A DNA stretch of 64,000 bases, taken from the human T2T-CHM13v2.0 reference genome, Homo sapiens. Under the pieces are notes generated by a model, which saw nothing but the letters and a program-made list of their open reading frames with translations, was not told the origin of the DNA and did no database searches. Where the stretch lies: the NCBI RefSeq assembly GCF_009914755.1, contig NC_060938.1; one strand, given 5' to 3'. Of this stretch, positions 15,352-31,739 are shown one piece after another. Numbering within the stretch: position 1 is the first letter of the stretch; the number at the start of each line of letters is the position of its first letter. A program made the position numbers and the translations under genes.

Positions 15352-15352
15352 A

Positions 15353-15383
<31 letters not shown>

Positions 15384-15652
15384 CTACTTTAAGTTCTGGG
15401 ATACATGTGCAGAACGTGCAGGTTTGTTACATAGGTATACATGTGCCATAGTGGTTTGCTGCACCCATCAACCTATCATCTACATTAAGTATTTGTCCTA
15501 AGGCTATCCCTCCCCTAGCCCCCAAACCTCCCAGTGTGTGATGTTCCCCTCCCTGTGTCCATGTGTTCTCATTGTTCAACTCCCACCTATGAGTGAGAAC
15601 ATGCGTTGTTTGGTTTTCTGTTCTTGTGTTAGTTTGCTGAGAATGGTGGTTT
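15352..15652 (-). mobile_element. L1PA 3' end fragment
   Basis: ttttaagttctgggatacatgtgcagaacgtgcagg...gtgagaacatgcg...gtttgctgagaatg. Confidence 0.92.
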
Positions 15653-15659
15653 CCAGGAG

Positions 15660-16010
15660 AGTATGGATTTTAGAATCAGAAATACCTGGAATCTCAATTT
15701 TGGTCCCACTACATAGTAACAACCTGGACAGATACCTCTCCAGCTTCGGTTTACTGAAGGTCATGATATCTAAGTTTCTAGGTCGTTATAAGGATGAAAT
15801 TAGATAGTATATGCGGAATGTTTAGGACTGGGCCAGGTACATAGCCATAATAGTGAACATTTAATGAGCACTGTGTTCCCAGAATTGTGCTAAATGCTTT
15901 AAATGAATTATTTCACTTAATCCTCAAGATAATCTTTCAGGAGTAGATGCATTGATTATCTCTTATTTATAGGCGAGGAATCTGAGGATTAGAGACATTG
16001 GGTAATTGGC
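15660..16010. mobile_element. Two MIRs in opposite orientation
   Basis: MIR-like segments on + (15660-15845) and - (15850-16010: cacttaatcctcaa...gaggaatctgagg). Confidence 0.6.
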
Positions 16011-16249
16011 CTAAGAAAATGCTTTGAGTCCACATTCAGCTCACCACAGAGAACTCACTCCTGGCTCCCATATATTAATGCAATAGAGTAAGATGGTGGT
16101 TACTTTATTTATGGAAAACTCACAATGTGGCTGGAGCTTTGCAAATTTCACAAGTAATTCATTTAATACTTACATTAAATATTCAATTTCACTTCCCATT
16201 CTGCAGATGAGGAAATTAAGGCATTAAGAGATCAAATATGACCCTCAAG

Positions 16250-16410
16250 CAGGGCTGGCCTCATGGACCTTGTGCTTTGAAGGGCCTAATGCTCATTTAA
16301 CGCTCTGCTATTGCCATCTTGAAATTCTCAAGCATCTTTGGAGAAGGGGACATATATATATAAATTGTTTTAATGTTTGCACGGGGCTCTGCAGGTTAAG
16401 CATCCAGTCC
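16250..16410. mobile_element. Short hAT-type MITE (MER91-like)
   Basis: cagggctggcc ... ccagtcctg termini; gctctgctattgccatcttgaaattc internal motif. Confidence 0.5.
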
Positions 16411-18331
16411 TGCCCTCAAATCTTTTCCTTCTGCACTGTACTCCCAAAGATTCTGGAATTTAACCTGGAGCAAGGGGGCCACTCCATTCTCTGAGGGCAG
16501 CATTAATAGCATCATATCTCTTTGGGATCCTAGAAACAGAAGCTCACAAATTAAAGTTTGCAATTACTGTCTAATGACAGGACAGTCTTAGAAAATGAAT
16601 GGAATGGTAATAGAGTTAGAGCAGGAAATAAAAAACATGCTTTTATACTGCATTCTTGTAAGTACTCTCTACAGGATAGGAAACTTTCTCTCTCTTTTAA
16701 ATGTTAATGGCATCACTAACATAAATTATACTATCAAAGAATAAATGCCCACCTGCACACTACCATTCTGGCCAGTAGAACCTGGAGAAAAAATGCCAAA
16801 CAGATAAGAAAATCAAGATTTATAGTGGCACTATGGCTAAGATGCTGGCTTAATGTGTATTATAGAGTAAGAACTTGGTGTCTGGTTCATTTAATACTAG
16901 TAGAAATAGAGCATTTAATCACTATCAAACTTTGGTACGAGACACCAAGAACACCTCCAAATAGAAGACATTGTCAGAGCATTTTCACTTGCCTTCATCT
17001 CCTGGTTCTTTGCACTTAGCCTTCTTCTCTCCTGCCACAGGAAGGCTCTCTACCAATGGCAGGAAGATGGCTGCAGCCTACCGAAGGCTTGCATCCTTGT
17101 TGCTTGTAATCCACTTGAAAAAGTAACCATCTCTCTCCTAGATCAAATTATATGGAAAGGCTTGAGTTGGCTTTAACTGAGACAAGTATTTATGTGTTAG
17201 GCCAATCAATGTGAACAAGGGACTAGGGTCACGTGCCAAGCCTGGGTCACATGCACACCTATCACCTATGAAGCAAGAAGTAGGTAGGACACTTTGATTG
17301 ACAAGGCCAGCAGATACAGTTGCTTTAGTTATTTCTACAGTATTTCGTTGTTTATCTGAAATTCAAATTTAGCCGGGCGTTCTGTATTTTATCACATGAG
17401 ACGGAGGCAGAGCAGTTGCTGATAGAACAAGAAGTTGTGGAGTAACAAAAACAATATTTCCGAAAGAGGGAATACAGCTTGGTCCTATTGGTTTCTTATT
17501 CGGGCCCAAAAGGCTTGATCTTAGTTCCAGATTCCAGGGCAAAATGCAGTCCTTTCTGGCTAAGTTCTAGCTATAACCCCCTTTTCAGGGTCAAATGATC
17601 CCCTTATGCACAGCATTACCATTTGATGCTCTAAGTGGATGATTTTTGCCATCACTGATTTCTACGTCCAAAAGCTGCTGAAATTCAACTTAAAACTTTA
17701 AATTCATTTTTTGTAATCAAATGAGTGTTAATGAATCCTACCAGATGACAGTGCTTATGCCATTAATGCCTTGGTATTTATGATGTTTAAAGTTCACTGT
17801 AACATTTTGTTTTTAAATAGAACTAAAAGATTTGTTGTCATTTTCTTTTCTTTGTTAACAAACCAGGATATACTTTTAAAAATGTCGAGGCAAAAAAAAT
17901 TTATTTTGCCAAAGGCCCATACTGTCAAATCCTATTGCAGAAATTAATCTATTTAATTAAAAAATATTTAAGGGAACTTTAGCCAATGGCTCAGATATTG
18001 CAAACAATATGGGATAAGACTTAAATTATTGCGCAAAAGAAAAACTTGGATGGTCCTCTGAAACATGTTGAAATGTAATTTATTCTTGAAAATCAGGCTC
18101 AAGTACTGTGACTTTTAGGTATATTTAAAAACGAAGATAAAAAATGTCCTTTTCTTCCTCTCTGTCTTCTGGCGGTTGTTCTGCCCTCCCTTGAATTCTC
18201 ATCCTCATGTAAAGCATGATAAAAATGTAGAAAAAAATCTAGAACTGCACAGTCCAATAGAAATATAATGTAAGCCAAATACATAATTTAAATTTTATAA
18301 TAGCCACATTTTAAAAAGTAAAAAGAAACAA

Positions 18332-19010
18332 GGCCAGTCACAGTGGCTCATGCCTGTAATCCCAACAGTTTGGGAGGCCAAGGCAGGCAGATCACTTGAG
18401 CCCAGGAGTTTGAGACCAGCCTGGACAAAATGGTGAAATCCCGTCTCTACAAAAAACACAGAAATTAACCAGGCATGGTGGCGAGCACCTGTGATCCCAT
18501 CTACTCATGCATTAGTTCATTCTTACATTGCTATAAAGACATACCTGAGACTGGGCAATGTATAAAGGAAAGAGGTTTAATTGACTCACAGTTCCACATG
18601 GTTGTGGAGGCCTCAGGAAACTTACAATCATGGTGGAAGGCAAGAGAGAAGCAAAGCCACCTCCTTCACAAGGTGGCAGGCGGGACAGAGTGATGAGTGA
18701 AAGGGGAGGTGCCCCTTATAAAACCTCCAGATCTCGTGAGAACTCACTGTCATGAGAACAGCATGGGGGAAACCACCCCCATGATCCAATCACCTCCCAC
18801 CAGGTCCCTCCCTCAATACATGGGAATTATGGGGATTACGATTCAAGATGAGATTTGGGTGGGGACACAGAGCAAAACCATATCAACTTGGGAAGTTGAG
18901 ATGGGAGGATCGCTTGAGCCCAGAAGGTTGAGGTCACAATGAGCTGTGATTGCGCCTGGATGGATGACAGAGGAAAAAAAAAACAAAAAAGAAAGAAAAG
19001 AAAAGAAAAA
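18332..19010 (+). mobile_element. AluJ interrupted by a THE1/MSTA LTR
   Basis: Alu 18332-18507 resumes at 18886 (acttgggaagttgagatgggaggatcgcttgagccc); TSD aaaagaaaca. Confidence 0.92.
18508..18885 (-). mobile_element. THE1D/MSTA-type solo LTR
   Basis: gacatacctgagactggg...gagatttgggtggggacacag...catatca; TSD actca/acttg. Confidence 0.93.
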
Positions 19011-19332
19011 GAAAAGAAACAGGTGATAGCAATTTTAACAGTACCTTTTATTTAACCTAACATATCCAAAACATTTTTATTTTAACATGTAATCAATATA
19101 AAAATTTTTAATATTTTACATTTTTTATACTTATGACACATCTCAATTTGAACACTCACCCTTGACTGGAAATAGTTAATCTACATTTAGATTTCATAAA
19201 ATTTACAGGGGGAAAAACTAGATTCACAAACCCAAGTTGCTCTAAAACTGTTTTATAATTTTCCAGGAACTGAATTGAGTATTAGTTTTAAATTTTAAAT
19301 GTAAATTAAAATTAAATGAAACTAAAAACCCA

Positions 19333-19655
19333 GGCCAGGCGCAGAAACTCACATCTGTAATCCCAGCACTTTGGGAGGCCAAGGCAGGAGGATCACTTGA
19401 GCCTAGGTGTTTGAGACCAGCTTGGGCAACAAGGGAGACTCCGTATCTACAAAATAAAAAAGAAATAAAAAGAAAACCTAGCTGGGGATGGTGGTATGTG
19501 CCTGTGGTCCCAGCTACTGGGGAGGCTGAGATGGGAGGATCACTTGAGACCAGGAGGACAAGCCTGCAGAGAGCCATGATTATGCCACTGCACTCTGGTC
19601 GACAGAGGGAGACCCTGTTTTAAAAAACAAAACAAAACAACAACAACAACAAAAC
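19333..19655 (+). mobile_element. AluJ
   Basis: ggatcacttgagcc in both arms, (AAAAC)n tail. Confidence 0.93.
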
Positions 19656-19837
19656 ACTTAAAAATTCAGTTCCTCAGTCACGATAGCCACATTTGGGTAC
19701 CACATGTGTCTAGTGGCTACCATATTGAATAGCAAAAAACTAGAGTCACTTCACTTTCTAATGGGATTTTGAAAAATTATTCCAACTTTAAATGAACCAC
19801 ACATGAACAATTTATTTATATGTTTAAGGATTCTTGC

Positions 19838-20130
19838 TGTATTAGTTTTCTATTGCTGCTGCAATAAATTACCACAACCTTCATAGCTTAAAACTGCACA
19901 GATTTATTATTTTGCAATTCTGGAGGTCAAAAGTCTGATACAGGTCTCATTGGGCTAAAATCAAGGGTTGGCAGGGCTGTGTTCCTTCTGGAGGTTCTGG
20001 AAGAGAATTCATTTCCTTTTTTTAGAGGCTGCCTACATCACTTGGATCATGGCCCCTGTCCCCTATCTTCTTGACCACCAGTAGTGCATCTCTCTGACCA
20101 GACTTCCATTGTCATATCTCCCTCTGACCA
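19838..20130 (-). mobile_element. MLT1B/C-type MaLR LTR fragment
   Basis: tgtattagttttctattgctgct...aattaccacaa...ctggaggtcaaaagtctg. Confidence 0.8.
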
Positions 20131-20332
20131 CATTTTAATAGGTGTGTGGTGGTATCTCATTATGGTTTTAATTTTCATTTCCTTTTCCATGTGATAATTC
20201 ACTATCTGTATGTCTTTTTTAGTGAAGTGTCTATTAAACTCCTTTGCCCATATTTAAACACTGTTTGTTTTCCTATGATTCAATCTGGAGAATTCTTATA
20301 TTCCAGCTGTAAGTCCTTTATCAAATGTATAA

Positions 20333-20792
<460 letters not shown>

Positions 20793-22875
20793 TAAGATAT
20801 TCTTTTAAGAATATCTTTCAAAGAGCAGACGTTTTCAAGTTTGAAGTCAAATTTATCGTAGTATTCTTTTCTGGATTGTGCTTTCGATGTCACATCTAAG
20901 AAATCTTTGCCTAGCTAAAGTCACAAAAATTTTCTCCTTTGTTTCCTTCTAAAGGTTTTGTAGTTTTACATTTAGATCTATGATCCATCTTGAGTTATGT
21001 TTTATATAATACATGGTGCAAGGTATGGATCTTTTTTGTGTATGTGGATATCCAATTGTTACACCATGTTTGAAAGACTATCCTTTCTTCACAATTGGGT
21101 TTGCACCTTTCAAATCAATTGGTTCCATTTCTAAACTCTATTCTGTTTCATTTTTATGTTGATATTACACTATCTTGATTACCATAGCCTTAAAATTAAA
21201 GTCTTGAAATAATGTAAATCTTCCAACTTTGTTCCTTTTCAAAGTTCTTTGGACTATTTTAGGTCCTAGGAATTTTAGAATTAGCATATGAATTTCTGAA
21301 ACAAAAAATACGTGGGGGATTTTGATTGAAAGTGAGTTGAGTCTACAGATCAGCTTGAGAGAAATGTACATCTTAACAATTTTGTGTCTCTGAGCTGTGA
21401 ACATGGTGTCTCTATTTATTTAGGTCTTCTTTAATATCTCTCTGTAGTATTTTAAAGATTTCAGTGTGTGGGTCTTGTCTGTCTTTTCTCAGGTTTATCA
21501 TTAAGTATTTACTTTTTGGTGTTTTAAAATATTCTATTCTTATATCTTCCAAACTTGCTAAACTCACTTATTAATTCAGTAACTTTTTGTGGATTTCATC
21601 ACATGCTCAACATAGATGATTTACGAATAAACAGAGGTTTACAGTTTCCTTTCTAATCTTGCTGCCTTTTCCTTTTTTTTCTCTTGCTCTATTGCACTGG
21701 TTAGAACCTCTAATACAATATTGAATACAGGTGGTAAGAGCAGGCATCTCTGTTAACTCCTGATCTTATGTGAAAAGCATTCACCCTTTCACTAAATGTG
21801 ATGTTAGCTATAGATTTTTCATAGACGCTTTTTATTAGATTGAGGAAGCTTCTTTCTATTTCTAGTTTGCTAAGAGTTTTGTGTTGTATGTGTGCTTTTT
21901 GTTTTTTTTTTTTTGAAATCAGCAATGGATGTTAGCTTTTGGTCAAATGCTTTTTCTGTATCATCTGAGATGATCATATGGTTTTTCTTTTTTAGCTTGT
22001 TAGTGTGATAAAATATTGATTGATCTTTGAATATGAAAGCAACCTTGCCTTTGTAGAATGAACTCCATTTGGTCATGATATGTTGCCCTTTTCATATACT
22101 GTTTGATTTGCTAGACTTTTGTGAAATTTTTTGCATCTGTGTTCATAAGAATACTGATCTGCAGTTTCTTTTCTTATAATATCTTTGGTTTTGGTATCAG
22201 GGTAACGCTGGCCTCATAAAATGAATTGGGAAATACTTTCCTTCAATTTTTCAGAAAGAGTTTATATAGAGTCAGTCTTTTTTTTTTCTCTCTCTCTTAA
22301 TTGTTGATCAAATTCATCAGTGAAACCATCTGGGCCTGGAGGTTTTTTTGTGAAAAAAAATTTAACTGTAAATTCAATTTTTTCATAGAAATAGAGTAGT
22401 TTGTATCTTTCAAGGGATTTGTTCATTTTAGAATTTTTTGACATAAAGTCTTTATAGTAATCCTCTACTGTCTTTCTAATACCAGCAAGATCTCTAGAGA
22501 TGTCACTTTTCTCATTCCTGATATCAGTAATTTGTGTCTTCTCCCCTCACCTCCCCAAAATCAGTTTGGCTAGGGGCTTATTGATTTTATCGATTTTCTC
22601 AGATAACTAACTTTTACTTTCATTGATTTTCTCTATTGTTTTTCTGTTTTCTATTTCACTGATTTCCCTTCTCATCTTTATGATTCCCTCTTTTATGTTT
22701 ACATTGGGTTTAACTTTCCTTTTTTTTAAAACTTCTAAAAGTGGAAGAAAAGTCACTGATTTGATACTTTCAGTGCTATAAATTTCTAAGTACTCTCTCA
22801 GCTGCATATTACCAAAGTTGATACACAATATTCTCATTTGCATTCACTTCAAAACATTTTGTAAATTCACATCTG

Positions 22876-23648
<773 letters not shown>

Positions 23649-24491
23649 TGATTTGAATCTTTTTAATATCCTCTGTGTCATTCCTTAACATGTCAATCTT
23701 TGTTGTAGTCTGATGAACACATGGAATAGAGTTATAACTGTTTTAATGTCCTTGTCTGTTAATTCCATCATGAGTATTATTTTCTGGGTCAGTTTCTATT
23801 AATTAATTTTTCTTCTCATCCATAAGTTATTAATATATTTTCCTGCTTCTTTACATGACTGGTAATTTTTTATCAGATGCCTGACATTCTGAATTTTAAT
23901 CTGTTGGATGCTGGATATCTTTGACTTTTATAAATGTTTTTGAGCTTTGATCTGGGATGGAATGAAGTTATTTGGAAATAGTTCGATCCTTTTAGGCCTT
24001 GCTTTTAAGCTTTGTTAGGTGGGACCAGAGCAGTATTTAGTGTAGGGCTAATTTTTCCCTACTACCTTTCAGAATACCCTACCAATGTTCCATGAATTAT
24101 GAGGTTTTTTTCACTCTGGCTGGTGGGAATAGGATATATTCCAGGCCCTGTGTGAGCTCGGAGGATTGTTCCCTATAATTCCTTTAAGTGGTTCTTCCCT
24201 CAGCCTCAAGCAGTTTCCTCACATTCATGTGCTGATCCTTTCTCAGCTGGAGCCTTAAGGGAGACCATCTGCAGATTTTCTGAGCTCCTTCTCTGTGAAG
24301 CTTTCTCCTCTCCAGTGCTCAGCCCTGTGAACTCTAGCCACGTTAGGCTTTCCAGACTTTTAGTTCCTTCTCCCCAACTTAGGGAAACTGGGGCTCTGCT
24401 TGGGTCCCTCATCCAAAACTACAGTCCAAATATCTCTCCAAACAGTAAGCTGACATCATCATGTGGATCACTTTGTGTGTGTGTGTATGTG

Positions 24492-24766
24492 TGAGACAGG
24501 GTATCACTCTGTTGCCCACACTGGAGTTCAGTGATGCAATCATGGCTCATTGCATCCTCAACCTTCTAGGCTCAGGCAGTCTTCCCACTTCAGCCTCTCA
24601 AGTAGCAGGGACCATAGATGCACACCTGGCTAATTTTTAATTATTTTTTGTAAGGATGGGATCTTGCCATGTTGCTCAGGCTGGTCTTGAATTCCTGGGC
24701 TCCAGTGATCCTCTCACTTTGGCCTCCTAAAGTCTTGGGATTACAGGTGTGGCCACTGCACCTGGC
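24492..24766 (-). mobile_element. AluJ
   Basis: Reverse Alu with (TG)n-derived tail. Confidence 0.9.
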
Positions 24767-25126
24767 CCAGATTATTTATTTTGTTTCCTGTCTCTCAGAG
24801 GTCACTGTCTTTTGTTACCTGCTGCCTGATATATTGTTTTGTTTTCCTTTCTATTATCATCCCTTATCTGGAGAAAGGGACCAGTGTTTTTATATCCAAT
24901 TAGTTTATATACTTTGTCTGGGTGGTTTTTCTGTTTTCTTTTGTTTTTAGTTATTTCATGTGGAAGATTAAGTCCTATCCCTATTATTCCATCTTGGTCA
25001 CATGTGAAAGTCTTAAAATACATATGACTGTATTGCATTTTTTCTATTAGGGATTATATTGATCTTCTACTTTTAAAATTATATTTATAAGCACATTTTA
25101 TTATCTATGAGTTTTATTTCAGGATA

Positions 25127-26487
25127 TGTATCAGTCAGGGTCCACTCAGGAGACAAAACCATACCAGTTATTTGAACAGAAAGAATTTGATACAAAGAAT
25201 GGTAAGCTATACAAAATTATCAACTCAGTAACTAAACAGCTAAAAAGGGAGACATATACCCTCTCACAGACACAGCAACTGTAGGCAGCAGCTACCACTA
25301 CTAGGGCTGGGAAAACAAAGAGAAGAGTTTGGAATTAATAAAACTTAGGAACATAGAGGTGGGGCCCTATGGAGATGAAACTCAGCCTCTGAGAAAGAAG
25401 CACTACCTGTCTAGTGCTGTGTTAGCATTGGGAGGAGGAGCCTTGTGGGGTTGAGGCCTGAACTTCTGAAGAATGATGCTGGTTGGCTGGTGCATGCATC
25501 TTTGAGCAGGAGTGGGATGAAGGGTTGGGAAAAACAGCAAGTAGGATCCAACCACTGATTTGGGAAGGAATTATCATTCCCAAGGTGAAGAAGCAAGCCT
25601 GGGTGATGTGCACAAGCAGACAGGAAGTCCACAGGAAATAGGAAGGAAAACATCCTTCTTCCTGTCCTAACCCCATCATTTCTCTTTAGTGCCCTTTATT
25701 GGCAGACTCTAACATGAAGCCAGCAAATAAGGCACAAATGTGGTTTTCAGAGTCCCAGATCCAGTACCACAAAGCAAAGTACAGAAAGGTGGATTTGGAG
25801 TTGAGAAAAAAGTTGTAACTGGCACCGTGTATGTGGCAGATTTGAACTGTGTCTATTTAGCTAAGCTAGAACTAATTTCCCCAAATTCTCTTCTCTGCAA
25901 TGTTCCAGATTAGTATCAGCTAAAAAAACAAACAAACAAACAAACAAAAAACAAAACAAAACAAAAAAACAAAAAAAGACTTTTGTGAGCAATTTGAAGG
26001 ATGGAAGTGAAAAAAAAAACGGCTTTATTTTTCTCATCCTCTGAAGATTGAAACAGGGAAAGGAGTGCTTTCACATCTCACATATGTGGTCCTTACCTGC
26101 TGACTTGCCAGGTTGGTGAGCCCACAGCAACTCCAGCTCCTGCAACTTCCTCTTTCAGCTTCCCTGATACCTGGGCCAGGTGCATGTTTAGCTTCATGGT
26201 AAAGAGCACCAGTTTCAGCAGGATGCCTGCAGGGTTGAACTGGAAGCCTGGAGGTTGTGAAAGTCAAATATGGAGTCTAGTCCATCCTCATGTTTCCAGC
26301 TCAGCCTCATAGATTCTAGTTTATCACTACTTTCCTTATTTCATATCCATCTTTGCTTCCCAACTACTTGCCCTGTGGACTTGAGGTTTTAGCACTAAAG
26401 ACACAACAGCCTCATATAGACTCTCACCAGATACCACAGTTCATAAGGTCAATAAATCCCCAATTTTCCACATGTGCTGTGTGTGTT

Positions 26488-26520
<33 letters not shown>

Positions 26521-26606
26521 AAGAGACTGAGAGACAGTGAGAGGAAGAGAGAATATATGTATCCCAGTGGTTCTGCTTTCCTTCTGATAAAATTCTTACA
26601 GACACA
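25127..26606. mobile_element. Old ERVL-type LTR sequence (probably two adjacent LTRs)
   Basis: tgtatcagtcagggtcc... start and ...agtggttctgctttcc...cagacaca end are typical ERVL/MLT2-like LTR termini; internal (AAAC)n and (TG)n(AG)n. Confidence 0.55.
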
Positions 26607-27149
26607 GTATAGAAAAGGGAGCGTTACAAAATGTTTATTGTTTAAAAGAGTACCATTGGCTCTCAGGATTCAGTCCCACTGTTTTAGGGCACTCTTTGGC
26701 CACACCATATGGTCCTAATAGAGCTGTCAATCATAATGATTCTCATTATGTCCAATTCTTCAGCCACAGTGATTGTTCATGGGGCTAACAAACTAGCTGT
26801 GCCAACCTTGCATGAAATTGCCTATATGGATGTTAACAAAGAGGTTTTTCTTCTCTTATTTTCATAAACTATAAGGATATCAGTTTAGGTTAGCCAGAGC
26901 CATCTTTCTAGCCATTTCCAGTAAGTCCGTTTTGTTTTTTTCAGCAGAAGTACATGAGATTGACAGAAAAGAGGAGAAACTAGCAGAAGAGAGAGTTGGA
27001 GAGAGTGTGAGTGAAGGTCTTGGTGCTTGGCGCTTCACCTGGACTACTAAATCCAGCTGTGCTGGTGTTCTTCCAGTTCCATATGCCAGTCACCTCCTTT
27101 TCTTCTAAAGCTCATTTGAGCTGGCCTTCAGTCAGTTGCAACAAGTGAT

Positions 27150-27491
27150 TTCTTTTTTTTTTTCTTTTACTTTTTGTGTTTTTAGAGACAGGGTTCCAGT
27201 CTGTCACCCATGCTGGAGTGCAGTGGAGTGATCAAAGCTCACTGTAACATCAAGTTCCTGGGCTCAAGTGATCCTCCCAACTCAGCCTTACAATGGTAAT
27301 AATTTGAAGGTGGCGTCTGCCACCATGCTCGGCTAATTTATGCATTTTTAGTAGAGACGGAGTTTCACCATGTTGGTCAGGCTGGTCTTGAACTCCTGAC
27401 CTCAGGTGATCCACCCGCCTTGGCCTCCCACTGGGATTACAGGCATGAGCCACTGTGCTGGGATTACAGGCGTGAGCCACTGTGCCCGGCC
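27150..27491 (-). mobile_element. Chimeric Alu (AluJ-like arm + filler + AluSp-like arm) with an internal 27-bp duplication
   Basis: Non-Alu filler ~27289-27312; ctgggattacaggcRtgagccactgtg present twice at 27431-27484. Confidence 0.85.
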
Positions 27492-30226
27492 AAGCTGTCC
27501 TAAAATGTTAAGACCTACATAACATCATCAAGCAAATAAATTTAAAACAGCCTGGTTACTGATATTCTCTCTTCTGAATTCAGAAATTCTATTTTAACTA
27601 TTTTTAAATATAAATGTAAAACTAGAGTATATTCACATATTCCTTTAAATGTTAAATTCCCTCAAAATAGAAGAACTAGTCAAAACAGCACAAGAAACAG
27701 ATAAATAAAAACTTTAATACATATATGGAGGAGTCTTCAGTACATATGGCGACATGTCTTATTCAGTGTCAAAGCCAGTTGCAGTGGAAAATTGTATTTA
27801 ATTTTCTATTCACTACATTAAAATTGCACAGTCTGAGAGATTATGGCCAAATAATTTTTACTAACATAATTTTTCCAGAAATGGGAAAAAGAGTGTTTTT
27901 ACTGTAAAGCTCTAAGATTTCTTTTTTAATTCAATAAGCTATTTAGGCTTCCATGTAGAAAGCTTATGTATTTAATTTGGGGTACTTAGGCAAAAGCCAT
28001 CTCTCTTCTTCTTCAGAGAGAAAACACATCATCTAGACTAGGCTTCTTAATGATTCCTTTTTATTGCCCTCCATTGAAAGTCACAGCCAGACACACAAAT
28101 ATGTAAGAGGCAAGTGAATAATTGCCTATGTTTTTCAGATCATAAACTAAACCAGTTCTGAAATTTGGGCATATTCCCTTAAATAGAAAGCTGACCACCC
28201 TGGGAATAATAAACTTGGTGACAGGGCTTTCTTTTCTCCTCCTCCTCCTTCTAATTTTCTTTAATGTGAATCGATGAAGAGCTGTTGGCATTCAAGTTCC
28301 GTGGGGCTGTGAGGTTGACAAAACAGAAAACCGTTATGAGACAGAAGGCAGAAAATATGAGAAAGGGAGAAAAATTCTCCTAGGATAATCAATGACCAGA
28401 TTTGTTGATCGTTAGCTGATTTTAAAAAGCAGTTTCTGTTCAGATACAAGGTTTGTTCCATGTTGGAAAGGCTGTGTTTTCAGTGGTAGTAGCTATGTGT
28501 GTGATTGGTGGTAAGGGTGAGAGGTGGGGATTTACATAATGAGAGGCATACGTCTTCATGTTCCCAGTTTCTATTAGTCTCTATTTTAATTGGGCCATGT
28601 ACTATATGCTAATGTTTTCATCAAGTGCCTTGGTGGGTGTTCAAGTGGTTTCCAGGTGGAGGTTTCTCCTAAAGGACATGAAAAACCAGTGAACAGAAGA
28701 ATTTGTCTTAATATATCCAGAAGTTTTCTGCAAGATCAAATTCCTGGAGCTGATTCTTAAACAGTGGTCAAATCTACCACCCAATCGGCGAGTAAACATG
28801 CTCTCTGCCATCAACTAGGATTCAAAGAAGAAACAAAAAAACTAGGCTATTCATTATAGTTTTGTTTGATTCATTCAAAAACTATTTTAAATTGGTCGTG
28901 TCACTGGAACCCAAGAATGCAACTAATGGAGTCAAGTAAATTATTGGACCATTGGAAAGAAGCACTAAACCATGCCCATTCCTTGATTCCCACTGTAGCA
29001 CAGTGCAAGACATGCTTTATCCCACAGTATGCGAGTTGGGATTTAATTGTTTCTTTCTTGTGTTCATAAAAGACCAAAGAACCAATCCTACTGTGGTAAT
29101 GTGGCAAAAAAGTACCTCCTAAAGCATGAAATGGCAATTGACAGTGGATATAAACTTGGATTCTATTGATAATAGTAGCTAACTTTTCGGAGAACTCACA
29201 ACCTGTCAGGCACAGCATTAGGCAGTTTGCTTGGATTATGTAATATCAGATTAGTGGAAAAAGAAAACTGAGCAATGTTTTGTTTATAAGAAAAAAATCT
29301 AAAAGTAACGTTTTAATGAGAGAAAAGGCAGGTTCAGGGTGAAGGAGGGGAATTTTGCTTTTGAGCTGTGTGTGCTGCATGTAAGACGACAATCTAGGCA
29401 GAAATGAGTTGTATGAGTCTTGAGCTCCGAAGAGAGATTTGGGTGAGAGATGTATATTTATTTGTGCTTACAGGAGGAGGAGAGGAAATCAGAATACAGA
29501 GGAACACGTACATTTAAGGAGTGGGCAAAGACATGGAGAGAAACTAGGAGACTGTGGCGTCATACAGGCTGGTACCAGGTAGCATTTTAAGAAGGACACG
29601 AATAGAGACAATTAAAAAGACAGTTTATAGAGGAGATGTGATAGTCACAAACATACACAGCAAATAACTTTGCAACCGAATATGTAAAAAGAGCTTGTAG
29701 AAATGCAAAAACCTAATAAAATTATAGTTGTAATTTTTAAAACATCTCTTCCAGAAGTAGAAAGATTCACTACACAGAAAGATAAGCAAGGACATAGAGG
29801 AATGGAATAATATAACAATAAAGTAGATTAATAAAATCAAATGTAATTTCAATCCTACTGATATAGAGTGTGAATTTTTGTAGGACTATAAATAGTACAA
29901 ATATTGATGATATATACATTTGACTACAAAGAAAACCCTTAAAAAACATTAAAACATAGAACACTCACAGGCCACAAACAAAATTAGAAGTAAGTAATAA
30001 AATGTTGACAAAAAACATTTTGGAAGCTAAGAAACACTCTCTTAACCCCAGCATCAAAGAGAAATTTAAAATTGAAATTATATGCTATCTAGAAAGCATG
30101 GAAAGGGGAAAGATTCACATTGAATATTTTATATTAAAACAGTTTAATTTATAGTCAGAGAAAAATGTATAGCCTCAAATTCCTTCATGTTTAAAGAAAA
30201 TAAAAAATAAAATAATTTAGACCCAT

Positions 30227-31739
<1,513 letters not shown>

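Larger units (their letters stand above)
18240..19740. mobile_element. hAT-Charlie element (MER3/MER33-like) split by two Alus
   Basis: gtccaatagaaatataatgtaagcc... 5' part; ...cacatgtgtctagtggctaccatattgaatagca 3' part. Confidence 0.75.
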
